A stretch of 64,000 bases of DNA. Origin: Dictyostelium discoideum (Eukaryota). Shown piece after piece: positions 42,457-52,361 of this stretch. The translations under genes were made by a program, and so were the position numbers. The notes below the pieces were generated by a model that ran no database searches, was not told the origin of the DNA, and saw only the letters and a list, made by a program, of their open reading frames with translations. The stretch lies in the NCBI GenBank assembly GCA_000004695.1, contig CM000152.2:5856001-5920000 (forward strand), given 5' to 3'. How positions within the stretch are numbered: the first letter of the stretch is position 1; the number at the start of each line of letters is the position of its first letter.

Positions 42457-42537
42457 GACACCTTAGCAAAGTGGTTAATGCGGCGCCCTGCTAAGGCGTT
42501 CTCTTCGGAGGCGCAGGTTCGAACCCTGCAGGTGTCG
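42457..42537 (+). tRNA. tRNA-Ser (anticodon GCU), class II with a long variable arm
   Basis: Acceptor GACACCT/AGGTGTC. Anticodon stem GCGCC/GGCGT with loop CTGCTAA. Variable arm CTC-TTCG-GAG. T-arm GCAGG-TTCGAAC-CCTGC. exB-like box at 42561..42580. Confidence 0.85.
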
Positions 42538-42594
42538 ATATTAAAGTAAAAATATCTTAGATCAGTTGTTCGATTCCGGATAAATTGAATTACA

Positions 42595-43254
42595 TACAAC
42601 CAATATTAACAAAAAACCAACCCTCTCAAACATTAAACACAAATAATATTTCACTACCACCAACACTCAAAGAAATCTACTCGACAATACTAAACAATCA
42701 CCAATGCAAATCAAAAGACTATATTGGCAAGAAATATTCAGATCTACTTCTTACTTCGCACCAACAATCAATACAACTATTATGGAAATACACATACGAC
42801 CAACTTTTTGTCAAAATTCAAAAACTAAAAGATCCAAAAGGCCGAGATACAATGCAAAGATTCCATGCTAGATGTCTTCCGATTAATCATCTACACAACA
42901 AAGTTTGCCCCATTTGCAACAATGAAATGAATAATGATCCCTATGGTCATTTGTTTTTCAATTGTCAGCACACAATCAACTTCATAAACCACGACAAATT
43001 AAAATATTTTATATATAAAAATTGCAATGGAAACAAAAACTGGTCACTAACAAAAAAGAATGGAGCATAAACACTAATGAACCAATTCCAACAATTACAC
43101 CACCAATTAATTATTAATTACCTAATCTAAAATAACATACTATTTTAAATTCACAAAAACTAAAAAACCTAAAATAAATAAATAAAAATAACATACTAAT
43201 TGTATACTACAATAGTTTATTTATATCAAAAAAAAAAAAAAAAAAAAAAAAAAA
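42595..43254 (+). mobile_element. TRE3-type non-LTR retrotransposon, 5'-truncated (ORF2 C-terminus, 3' UTR and A27 tail), inserted ~58 bp downstream of tRNA-Ser in the same orientation
   Basis: ORF 42585..43070 carries the TRE ORF2 C-terminal Cys/His motif (KGRDTMQRFHARCLPINHLHNKVCPICNNEMNNDPYGHLFFNCQHT). Poly(A) at 43228..43254. The 5' junction is placed where the flank diverges from the paralogous tRNA-Ser flank at 50990. Confidence 0.6.
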
Positions 43255-43631
43255 CTATAAAATTTCTCATCAAAAGACACACTCTCCTTCCACCAATTCA
43301 TCTAAATCAATTACAATTTTATTTGGTTTATTTTATTTTAAATACACATATTTAAAACTGAATATCTAAAAAAAAAAAATAATAATAACAACTACACTTT
43401 TTTTTAACTAGACTTAATTTTAAAATTAAAATCCTTTATTTGATAATTCAAATTAAAATAAAGATTACATAGCATTTTAAAACTATTAATTATTGTTTAT
43501 TTCCTTTAATTTTGGATAGACACTGATTAATTAAAAAAAAAAAAACAAAAAAACACTAACCAAAGACACAATGAGATTCCTTAAAGTTTTATAATATTTT
43601 TATTTTATTTATAAAGTTTACAAAAGAATTT

Positions 43632-45257
43632 TTATTTTTTTTTTAAAATTAATTTAATTTCATCTTTTGATAATTGATAAACTGGTTTAAAAGAAAAAGA
43701 TAAATCATCAGGTAATGAGCAAAAATCAGGGAATAATGGACCAGAGGAAATACCACGACGAGACATATCACAAGAGAATTGGCCAATACGAGGGAGAGCA
43801 AGAGTGATATTATTAATTTCAGTAGCAGACCATAATCTTTCAGAGATACCAATAGCTCTTGGCCAAACTCTGGCATCCCAATTGACGGTACTAACTTGTT
43901 CACCAAACATAGTAGCTTCACCACCTAAAATATTTTCAGCATTTGAAGTAATATTTAATCTTGGATCTGATGCATAGAAATCTTCCCAAGTATCTTGCCA
44001 TTCATAATGATAATGATTTCCAGTTGGTGATTGTCTATCTAAATAGAAAAAGAACGATGTTATAGTTTTATAACCAGCGGCTAGTACATCTCTTAGATCA
44101 TTAATATTTGTCCAAGTTTGAACCAAAGTAGTTTCTTTATCAAATTTAACACCATGTTGAAGTACATCATTCCAGGCGATTTTAGTACGATTAATTGATT
44201 TCAAAATTACATCTAATTGATCTTCAAAATATTGAAAAGCATCAGAAGTATTATAGTTATTAGTTTTCATCCATTTTTGAATTGAAGTATCATTGGCCCA
44301 ACAATCAATTACCAATTCATCACCACCAGTATGGAAATAACTATCTTGGAATAGAGGTGCAATCTCTGAGAAAAAGTTTTCAAGAAAACTATAAGTGTAT
44401 GGATTTGAACAATCTAATGGAATTGAACTTTGTGGATAGCCTGGACAATTGGATAACAGCTCTGGATAGCCTACACCCCATGATGCAGAATGGCCTGGAA
44501 CATCAAATTCAGGAATCACACGAATTCCATAGGTTTTAGCATAGGCAACCACCTCTAAAATATCATCATGTGTAATAATTGCACCAGGTCCAAGTAATGC
44601 TTCAGTTAACTTTGGATAGGTTTTCGATTCCACTGGGAATGCAACAGTATCTATTAAATGCCAATGCATAGTATTGAATTTATTATAACCCATCGAGTCA
44701 ATAATATGAAGTACCATATTCTTTGGAAGGAAATGACGGGCATTATCAACCAACAATCCTCTCCATTGATAGGTTGGATAGTCTACAACTTCAGCACATG
44801 TCAATGAGTAACTATTTTCTACAACATCATAAACTACCATTTGTTTGAATGTTTCTAAACCTCTCATTGCACCATAGATTGTATTGGCTTTTATTTGATA
44901 AGTGTCTTGATTCACTAATAAAAAGTAACTTTCATCAATACCCAATTCAAGTGTTTCATCATCACTTGCAATAATTAATGATAACTCGATATTTGAAGAG
45001 CTATCTTTTAAAACATTATTTGAAACAAATGGGAAAAATAAACTCTGATATCTTGAAATTGAAATACTTAATATTGTTGATTCAATATTACTTTTAATTG
45101 ATATTGATCCTACTGATAATGGAATATTACAACCAATCATTGTAACTTCTTGTGGATATGGTACTACATTTAATGGTTGTTCATTTGATGATTGTGATAA
45201 AACTTTAATTATTACAATTGAAAATATTAAAAAAATTGTTAAAAATTTATTTATCAT
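43632..45257 (-). CDS. Beta-hexosaminidase (glycoside hydrolase family 20), 541 aa, with a signal peptide
   Basis: N-terminal MINKFLTIFLIFSIVIIKVLSQ. …WRGLLVDNARHFLP…HWHLIDTVAFP…GIRVIPEFDVPGHSASW…FHTGGDE… is the GH20 catalytic core. Confidence 0.9.
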   Translation of the reverse strand: MINKFLTIFLIFSIVIIKVLSQSSNEQPLNVVPYPQEVTMIGCNIPLSVGSISIKSNIESTILSISISRYQSLFFPFVSNNVLKDSSSNIELSLIIASDDETLELGIDESYFLLVNQDTYQIKANTIYGAMRGLETFKQMVVYDVVENSYSLTCAEVVDYPTYQWRGLLVDNARHFLPKNMVLHIIDSMGYNKFNTMHWHLIDTVAFPVESKTYPKLTEALLGPGAIITHDDILEVVAYAKTYGIRVIPEFDVPGHSASWGVGYPELLSNCPGYPQSSIPLDCSNPYTYSFLENFFSEIAPLFQDSYFHTGGDELVIDCWANDTSIQKWMKTNNYNTSDAFQYFEDQLDVILKSINRTKIAWNDVLQHGVKFDKETTLVQTWTNINDLRDVLAAGYKTITSFFFYLDRQSPTGNHYHYEWQDTWEDFYASDPRLNITSNAENILGGEATMFGEQVSTVNWDARVWPRAIGISERLWSATEINNITLALPRIGQFSCDMSRRGISSGPLFPDFCSLPDDLSFSFKPVYQLSKDEIKLILKKK

Positions 45258-45782
45258 TTTTACTTTTCTTTTATTTAAAGTAAAATTGAATTGTTTTTTT
45301 AAAAATAAAAAAAAAAAAAAAATAAAAATAAAAAAAATAAAAATTAAAAAAATTAATTAAAAAAAAAAAAAATGATTTGGTTAAATTGAATTTTCAATCA
45401 AAAATTCTTTGAAAAAAAAAAAAAAAAAAAAATTAAAATGGAAATTTCTTTATTTTAATAATTTTTTAGATTTATTCTTTCTTAAGATAGAAAAAAAAAA
45501 AATCTAACAAAACTTTAAATGTTATATTTTATTTTTTATGGAAACAGAAATGTTGTGTTGTGAAAATTTTTATATCATAATTAGAAATTTGGATATTACT
45601 GAAATAAATAAATGATTTTTTTGGGATTAATTGTATAAAATTTTTTTTTTTTTTTTTGATTTTTTTAGGTAGTGTTTTTTTTTTTTTCTTCTATTTTTAT
45701 ATCTTCTCATGATTGGATTTATTCCTTCTTATAAATGGTTCAGTAAATCCGGAAGGAAATAATCTTGATTGGGCAAAAATCA

Positions 45783-45955
45783 GGTGCTTTAAAATTTTCA
45801 TAAAAGACACCTTTGCAAAGTGTATCACCCAAAAATTTTTCAATGACACCTTAACAAAGTGTATCACACAAATAATTTGTGTGTACAACTTATTAAAGTA
45901 TATTTCGATTACACCTTTACAAACTGTAATACCCAAAAAATTTTCTGCGACAACA
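45783..45955 (+). repeat. Three diverged tRNA-Ser 5'-end/leader pseudo-units, ending in gacaac abutting a TRE poly(A) tail
   Basis: gacacctttgcaaagtgtatcacccaaaaatttttcaat | gacaccttaacaaagtgtatcacac… | tacacctttacaaactgtaatacccaaaaaattttctgc | gacaac + T8. Confidence 0.55.
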
Positions 45956-46060
45956 TTTTTTTTGAATAGAATAACGCAATTTTTAGTTACTTCTTCTTGA
46001 GATATGACTCATTTTATTAATTTTATTATTAGATATTACAGGTGCCTTTTAAGGTTGTAT

Positions 46061-46102
<42 letters not shown>

Positions 46103-46869
46103 TTGGGGGGTGTAGAGTGTGTTTAGTGACGTAATATATTTGTTGAGGGTTGATGGTAGTGCTACTGTGTGTAGTGGTGAGTTCCAGTGTTTGCTAAATC
46201 TTTCGAGTTGTAGGGAGATGATGTTTTTAAATTATTTTATTTGTTCTTTGTTGGTTGCTTTTTTTTCTTGTCTGATTAGTTTCTATATGTTGTTTTTTGT
46301 TCTTTCCCAGGCTGCTGTTTGAGTTTTCTTTAGTTGTTTTCTTAAGTTTTTGAGTGTTGTGGATTTTCTTGTTTCTTCTTCTCCAGATGTTTTCGCAAAT
46401 AATGGCTATGGCGTTGGCTGTTAATGGAATGTCTAGTCTGTTGAAGATTTCTATTCCCCAATTGATTCTGGATCCTCCAGATTTTTCTTGAATGTAGTTG
46501 ATGCACTCTTGAGTTTCTTTAATGTGTGATTTGCATTTGAAGAAGATGTGTTCTGAGGTTTCCTGTTCGTTACACCAGATGCAAGGGGCGTTGTGGATCT
46601 TTGGAAGAGCTTTAAGAGCTAATCTCCAGAGGAGGTCTCTTCCTTTCAAGTTGACTATTTTCCTGATTTCTAGAAAAGGGAGAGTTGTTTTTTTAATTTC
46701 TTTCATGATTTGGGTCTGACCCGGAGTTGGGTTGAAAGAATCGTAATTTGGATATTGGTTTTCATGAGATCATTGTATATTGTTTTGAGGTTGGGGAGAA
46801 CTTCGTAATGGGGTTTGAACCATGATTCTGCGAGAACATAGGGAAGTGTATAACCTCAATATTTTTCCA
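45956..46869 (-). mobile_element. TRE5-type non-LTR retrotransposon of a second family (not TRE5-A), 5'-truncated. Its ORF2 3' part abuts tRNA-Ser at 46870.
   Basis: The ORF2 C-terminus (46227..46706 and upstream to about 46850) carries CIWCNEQETSEHIFFKCKSHIKETQE and LTANAIAIICENIWRRRNKKIH. The 3' UTR contains internal oligo(A) (46062..46108). The C-module-like end …cttgagatatgactcatttt…gcgttattctattc plus A8 (45956..45963) is about 80% identical to the TRE5-A C-module. Confidence 0.6.
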
Positions 46870-46950
46870 TGACACCTTAGCAAAGTGGTTAATGCGGCGC
46901 CCTGCTAAGGCGTTCTCTTCGGAGGCGCAGGTTCGAACCCTGCAGGTGTC
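46870..46950 (+). tRNA. tRNA-Ser (anticodon GCU), copy 2
   Basis: Identical to 42457..42537. Two exB-like boxes (aacaGGTTCGATTCattc) lie downstream at about 46973 and 47017. Confidence 0.85.
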
Positions 46951-47127
46951 GAAATTTTTTATTCAATCAAACCTGAATAACAGGTTCGATTCATTCATAG
47001 GTAAAAAAAAAAAAAAGGTTCGATTCATTCTAGTATTAAAAATAATTAATAAACTCTTAACCAAATCTATTATTAATAGTTTTTAATAATAAAACGAAAA
47101 AAAAAAAAATTATATCTTTTATATAAA

Positions 47128-47179
<52 letters not shown>

Positions 47180-48068
47180 AATTAAAATATATAAGTTAAA
47201 TTAATATATGATTGTGGTGTTGAAATGAGACATTTAATGTAAAACAACACTTTTATTTAATTTATCTCCCACACCACACATTATTAATAATTTTTTTTTT
47301 TTTTTTTTTGTCAAACACAAAACGCATTAAAAACTATAATAATATTTTAATTTTATTTTAATAATAATTTAATTATATTTTCCCATTTGTTTTTGTATTT
47401 GATAGACAAAAACTTAATAGTAAAATTTTTCCTATGGGTTTTTGATAAGAAATATAATTTTTCATTTCATTTTTAAATCTTAAAATATAAAATATCTTAT
47501 CTAGTAGAAAAGATTAAAAATTAAAATACTAAAAAATAATAATAGTAAAAATAATAGTTATAATAGTACTCTATTATCTTCAACAAATAAAGATAATGAA
47601 GTTTGTACAACTACCAATTCAATAACAACTTTAGATGATAAAGCTTTTTATTTTAATAATTGCAATAGAAAGGCTGAAATATGTGTATTATTAAAACATC
47701 AATAACCACAGATGGTATATTAAATATTAGAGGAGAAGTTTTATTACCAAAATTTAAAAAAAAAAAATAAAAATAAAAAAAAAAAAGAAAAAAGAAATAG
47801 AAAAACAAAAATTTATAAATTAAAATTATTACTTCCGTAATATTTATTTCATTTTTTTTATTTATTTATTTAATAATTTTTTTTTTTTTTTTTTATTTTA
47901 TTTTATTTAATTTTTTTTTTTCGATTTGAGTAGGATTTATAAATAATTTGAATGTTGATGGATGATTTGTGGGGAGATAATAGTATAGAAAAAACAATCA
48001 AATATTTTTATTAGATTTATCTAATAGTTTCCAATTTAGAAATTTGTAATTGTTCTTGGATTCAACTC

Positions 48069-48128
<60 letters not shown>

Positions 48129-48329
48129 AAATTTGTTTTTTTGAATTATTATTTTTTTTTAAATTCCTAAAATTGAGACTCTCCAGTTACTCACCTCGAT
48201 CCAAATATGAACACTTTTGTTGTTTGTTTAAAACAAAACACACTTAAAAAAAAAAAAAAAAAAAAGGAAAAACAAAAAAAAAAAAAAAAAAAATAATTTT
48301 TAAAACAATTAGAAACCAAATTAAACAAC

Positions 48330-48450
48330 GACACCTTAGCAAAGTGTATTACCAATTGGTATTCAATGACACCTTAACAAAGTGTATCACCCATTTGGTT
48401 TTGGATGACACCTTAGCAAAGTGTATTACCCATTTGGTTTTCGATGACAC
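48330..48450 (+). repeat. Three tandem ~39-bp tRNA-Ser 5'-end/leader pseudo-units plus a terminal gacac abutting a TRE poly(A) tail
   Basis: gacaccttagcaaagtgtattaccaattggtattcaat | gacaccttaacaaagtgtatcacccatttggttttggat | gacaccttagcaaagtgtattacccatttggttttcgat | gacac + T9. Confidence 0.6.
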
Positions 48451-48550
48451 TTTTTTTTTGATTGGAATAACGCAATTTTTAGTTGCTTCTTCTTGAGATA
48501 GATCTCATTTTATTTTTAGATAGGTTTCAGGTGCCTTTGAAGGTGGTAGA

Positions 48551-48593
<43 letters not shown>

Positions 48594-49184
48594 TTAAATT
48601 TAAATTTTGTGTTGAGGGATGTGATGTATTTGTTGAGGTTGGATGGAAGTGTTATGTGTATTGGAGAGTTCCATTGTTTACTGAATTTTTGGAGATGTTT
48701 GGAGATGATGGATTTGAATTTCTTGATCTGTTCTTCGCTTTGTGCTTTTCTTTCTTGTCTGGTTAATTTGTAAATTGTGTTTTTGGTTCTTTCCCAGCTG
48801 CTGTTAGTGTTTTTTTAGTTCGTGGATTAATAACTCCTTCTTTAAATTTTTGAGAGTGATTCCTTCATAAACTTTTTTGTTTTTTCTTTTCCAAATGTTT
48901 TCGCATATTATTGCTATGGCATTGGCAGTTAGTGTAATATCGAGTTTGTTGAACACTTCTAATCCCAGAAGTGATTTTGGAGCTTCCACTTTTATCTTGG
49001 ATGTGATCTATACCATCTTGAGAGTTGCTGAGGTGTGATTTGCATTTGAAGAATATGTGTTCAGAGGTTTCAGGCTCGAGGCACCATACTTTGAAAAGTT
49101 ACCTCCCCAGATTCGATGATAGTATAGTAATCCCTCATTGCGGAGTTTTTAGTTGCGATACTTATTGGTCCGGTTATACATTGT
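48451..49184 (-). mobile_element. Second-family TRE5-type element, 3' fragment (ORF2 C-terminus, UTR and poly(A)). It is fused at about 49184 to a TRE5-A B-module fragment.
   Basis: ORF 48804..48989 (…LTANAIAIICENIWKRKNKKVYEG…) and the frame-shifted SEHIFFKCKSH upstream. The C-module-like end …gagatagatctcatttt…gcgttattccaatc plus A9. Confidence 0.6.
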
Positions 49185-49353
49185 TTTTTTTTTAATTGAG
49201 TTTTATCCACAATTTCGCTTATTTTTTGTAGGCATTTGTGTTGCTTAATATTTGTGGTGTTGTTTGTGATTTTCATTTTATTTTCTTTCTATTTTTTTTA
49301 TTTTTCTTTAAAAAGTTAAAAATCTGGAAATTTTCTGATTAACTTGGGTTCCC

Positions 49354-49424
<71 letters not shown>

Positions 49425-50873
49425 TTATAGAAAGTACTGAGTGAATTATTGTATTTTTTGAGATGTTTCGGAAGTTCTATTGCGTGAAGAGGTGAGTTCC
49501 ATTGTCTGCTAAATTGTAATAGCTTTAGCGAGATTAGTGAGTCTAATTTATTTTGTTCTTCTGGCCGTTGCTTTGATTTGATTCTTAATGTTTTGTTTAT
49601 AACCGCTTGTGTCCTGTCCCATGCAGCTCTTTGTGTTTTAATCAGTTCACGTATGACTTGTTGTCTGTGAATTATTATTTCTTTTTCATCGTGAATGAGT
49701 TTATTTCTTTTGTGCCAGATTCTTTCGAATATAATAGCTATTAAATTGGCTACTAGTGCGATTTGTAGATGGTTTAAAATCTTCACATTCCAGGTGTGAG
49801 TGGTGTGTCCACACTTAGTTAGGGTGTAGTTGAATATTTCTTGTGTGTTTTTGATGTGGGCTTTGCAGTTGAAGAATATATGTTCTGAAGTCTCATCTTC
49901 CCCACACTGTTGGCATGGCATGTTGTATATTTTTGGTAATGCTTTCAGTGTGTATCTCCATAATAGATCTCTACCTTTCATGTTTATTATTTTTTTGATT
50001 TCTTTAAATGGAAGGTGTTTGCTATTAATTTTGGTCATTATTTCTTTTTGGCCAGGAGTTGGTATGAATTTGTTGTGTTCTGGAGATTGAGTTGTCATCA
50101 TATCCTCGTATATTTTTTTTAATTTTGGGAGGTGTTCGTAGTGTGTTTGTTTATTTTGTGGAGTTTTTAATTGGGTCCATGCTTGCTTGCATTGCCAGTG
50201 TAGTTGTAGTTGTAGTTGATTTTGTTTTGTTGTTGTTTTGTTGTTGTTGTTGTTTCTGAGTTCCTCTTCCCACAGTTTTATATATGAACTAGGAGTGTTA
50301 CTTACTCTTTGGTGGAGGTATCTTTCGAATAACCATGCTTTCTGTGCTAGTTCTCTTGTCTTCAGGTTCCATAAGTTTAGGCCACCATTGATATAGTTGT
50401 TTTGTCTTCTTTGTAGTGAAAGAGAGTTTTTAGATTTTGTGTTGAAAACGAATTTTACGATGTTATTTTCAATACTATTGTGTTGTGATGTGGTGTTGAT
50501 GTAAGTGTGGAACGTTAACTGAGATAGTGCATATGTTTTTGCCATTATGAGTCTGCCCATATAGGTTGATGAAGTTGAGTTCCATGTTACTAGTTTAGCT
50601 CTGATGTTGTCTGAGATTGTATTGATTTTGGATTTGATACCCTTATTGTTGAAGTCAAATCCGAGGTACCGTTCGTTTGATTTTATGACGGTGTATAGCG
50701 TTCTGGTGTTCCATTTGAAAGTGATACACGAGCATTTGGTTTGGTTTATTTTTGCGCTGGTTGCTTGGCAAAACTTCTTGATCCATTCATTCATGAGGAA
50801 ATGGTCCATAAAGTTGTATGCTATTGTTGCTGTGTCATCGGCGAACTGTAATATGTCATCGATGACAGCTTAA
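49184..50873 (-). mobile_element. TRE5-A fragment: ORF2 from the RT FADD motif to the stop, oligo(A), and a partial 3' B-module with ORF1 codons 1-31. It is 5'-truncated 30 bp upstream of tRNA-Ser at 50903.
   Basis: ORF 49421..50809 extends in frame to …AVIDDILQFADDTATIAYNFMDHFLMNEW… (RT active-site FADD at about 50840). The C-terminal zinc-finger-like motif is CQQCGEDETSEHIFFNCKAHI. Poly(T) lies at 49357..49422. A B-module with MKITNNTTNIKQHKCLQKISEIVDKTQLKKKQ lies at 49184..49276. Confidence 0.75.
49421..50873 (-). CDS. TRE5-A ORF2 (reverse transcriptase C-terminal half plus Cys-rich domain), 5'-partial
   Basis: See the element above. 97-98% identical at the protein level to the 13400..14073 fragment. 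Confidence 0.75.
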
Positions 50874-50902
50874 AAAAGTGTATTATTCATTTGGTTTCCG
50901 AT

Positions 50903-50983
50903 GACACCTTAGCAAAGTGGTTAATGCGGCGCCCTGCTAAGGCGTTCTCTTCGGAGGCGCAGGTTCGAACCCTGCAGGTGTCG
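50903..50983 (+). tRNA. tRNA-Ser (anticodon GCU), copy 3
   Basis: Identical mature sequence. The leader …gtgtattattcatttggtttccgat and the exB box gatcagatgTTCGATTCtg at about 51019 are paralogous to the copy 1 flanks. Confidence 0.85.
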
Positions 50984-51228
50984 ATCTTTTAGTAAGTTAT
51001 ATATTAGATCAGATGTTCGATTCTGCGTAAATTAAATCAGGTTACACAAAATTATTAGTTCCATAGTAATAATTTTAATTGTTCCATTATTTTCTAATAC
51101 TACTGGCAATTGGAAACTTGGTACCATTGCTTGTAGTAGTTTTATTGATAGGTTTTGTAGTAGTAGTAGTAGTAGTAGTAGTTTTGTTTAGGTTGTTGAT
51201 TGTTGTATTGCTTGTTGGTAATTGATGT

Positions 51229-51310
51229 GTGGTTGTTGTTGGTGTGGTTGTTGTTTGTGTGGTTGTTATTGGTGTGGTTGTTATTGGTGTGGTTGTTGAT
51301 GCATTAGTTG
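51229..51310. repeat. Imperfect 15-bp minisatellite (ggtgtggttgttrtt) x 5. In one frame it translates as poly-Val/Gly.
   Basis: Direct reading: gtggttgttgttggtgtggttgttgtttgtgtggttgttattggtgtggttgttattggtgtggttgttgat. Confidence 0.6.
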
Positions 51311-51956
51311 TTGGTGGAGTTGATGGTATTGATTTAGTCTTTAAGGATTACAATCTTCCACCAATTCCTATCAGTGTCATCCCAAGAAACTATTTCGAAA
51401 CTGTCAAAGAATGGCTCGATTCATTCAATATTAAATTTTATCAATCTGAACGTAATTACAATTGGAAGAGAATTATGGATACAATCAAAAGTGATGTAAA
51501 GAAATTCCATGACGATGGTGTTTAGTCTTTCCTGGAATTTAGAAGAAGAGGAAGAAGATAGTGGCGATGATGATTATCATTCCAATAGTGACCAATCTGA
51601 ATCTAGTGATTATCTCTTCAATGTCTTCAGGTTCTGATGATGATGATGAAGATTCTTCCCAAGGTGAAAATTGGGAAGATTTAGAACAAAAAGCTGAAAG
51701 AGATGATAAAATGAAAACTTTCGATGTAACAAATAAAAGAAAAAGAGATGAAAAATCTGTTAGTAGTAGCAATAGACCATCCTCTTCAAAATCAGGTAGT
51801 AGTAGTAGTAGTAGTGGTGGTGGTGGTGGTGGTGGTGGTGGTGGTGGTGGTGGTGGTGGTGGTGGTGGTGGTTCAATTAGATCAAAATCTTCATCTTCAT
51901 CTTCAAAAGGTTCATCATCCTCTTCCTCAAAATCATCTTCATCAAAAAGAAAATAG
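51229..51956 (+). other. Coding-like segment split over three frames: FKDYNLPPIPISVIPRNYFETVKEWLDSFNIKFYQSERNYNWKRIMDTIK; then an acidic stretch; then a Ser/Gly-rich tail ending KRK*. Possible gene with an unresolved frameshift or intron.
   Basis: Track ORFs 51229..51525 and 51561..51956 (GTG start), plus an intervening frame-2 acidic run. No ATG-initiated continuous model found. Confidence 0.25.
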
Positions 51957-52195
51957 AAATAATAAAAAATAAAAAAATTATTATTAAATTATTATGATTT
52001 ATAAATTTCTACTTTATTTGGAAATTGCAAATTTTATTATTATTATTATTTTTTTTTTAAAATGTAATTACTTGTTTTACATTTTTTTGTTTTCTATATT
52101 TGGCGCGCCATAAATTTTTTTTTTTTTTTTTTTTTTTTTTGTAAAACCCAAATAAGTTCAAAAGATCCTTAAACTTTTATTATTATTATATTTTA

Positions 52196-52226
<31 letters not shown>

Positions 52227-52361
52227 ACTAACCTTAATTATAAAAAAAAATTATTAGAATTATTATAATTTTTTTTTTTTTTTTAAAAACAAACATAAAG
52301 TTTTAAAAAAAATAAAAACTACCAATAAATTTAAATATCAAAAAAAACCTTTTAATAAAAA

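Noticed and set aside
51748-51972. Poly-Val ORF (MKNLLVVAIDHPLQNQVVVVVV…)
   Set aside because: It is an alternative-frame reading of the (GGT)n tract that encodes poly-Gly in the longer ORF. The start is not an ATG.
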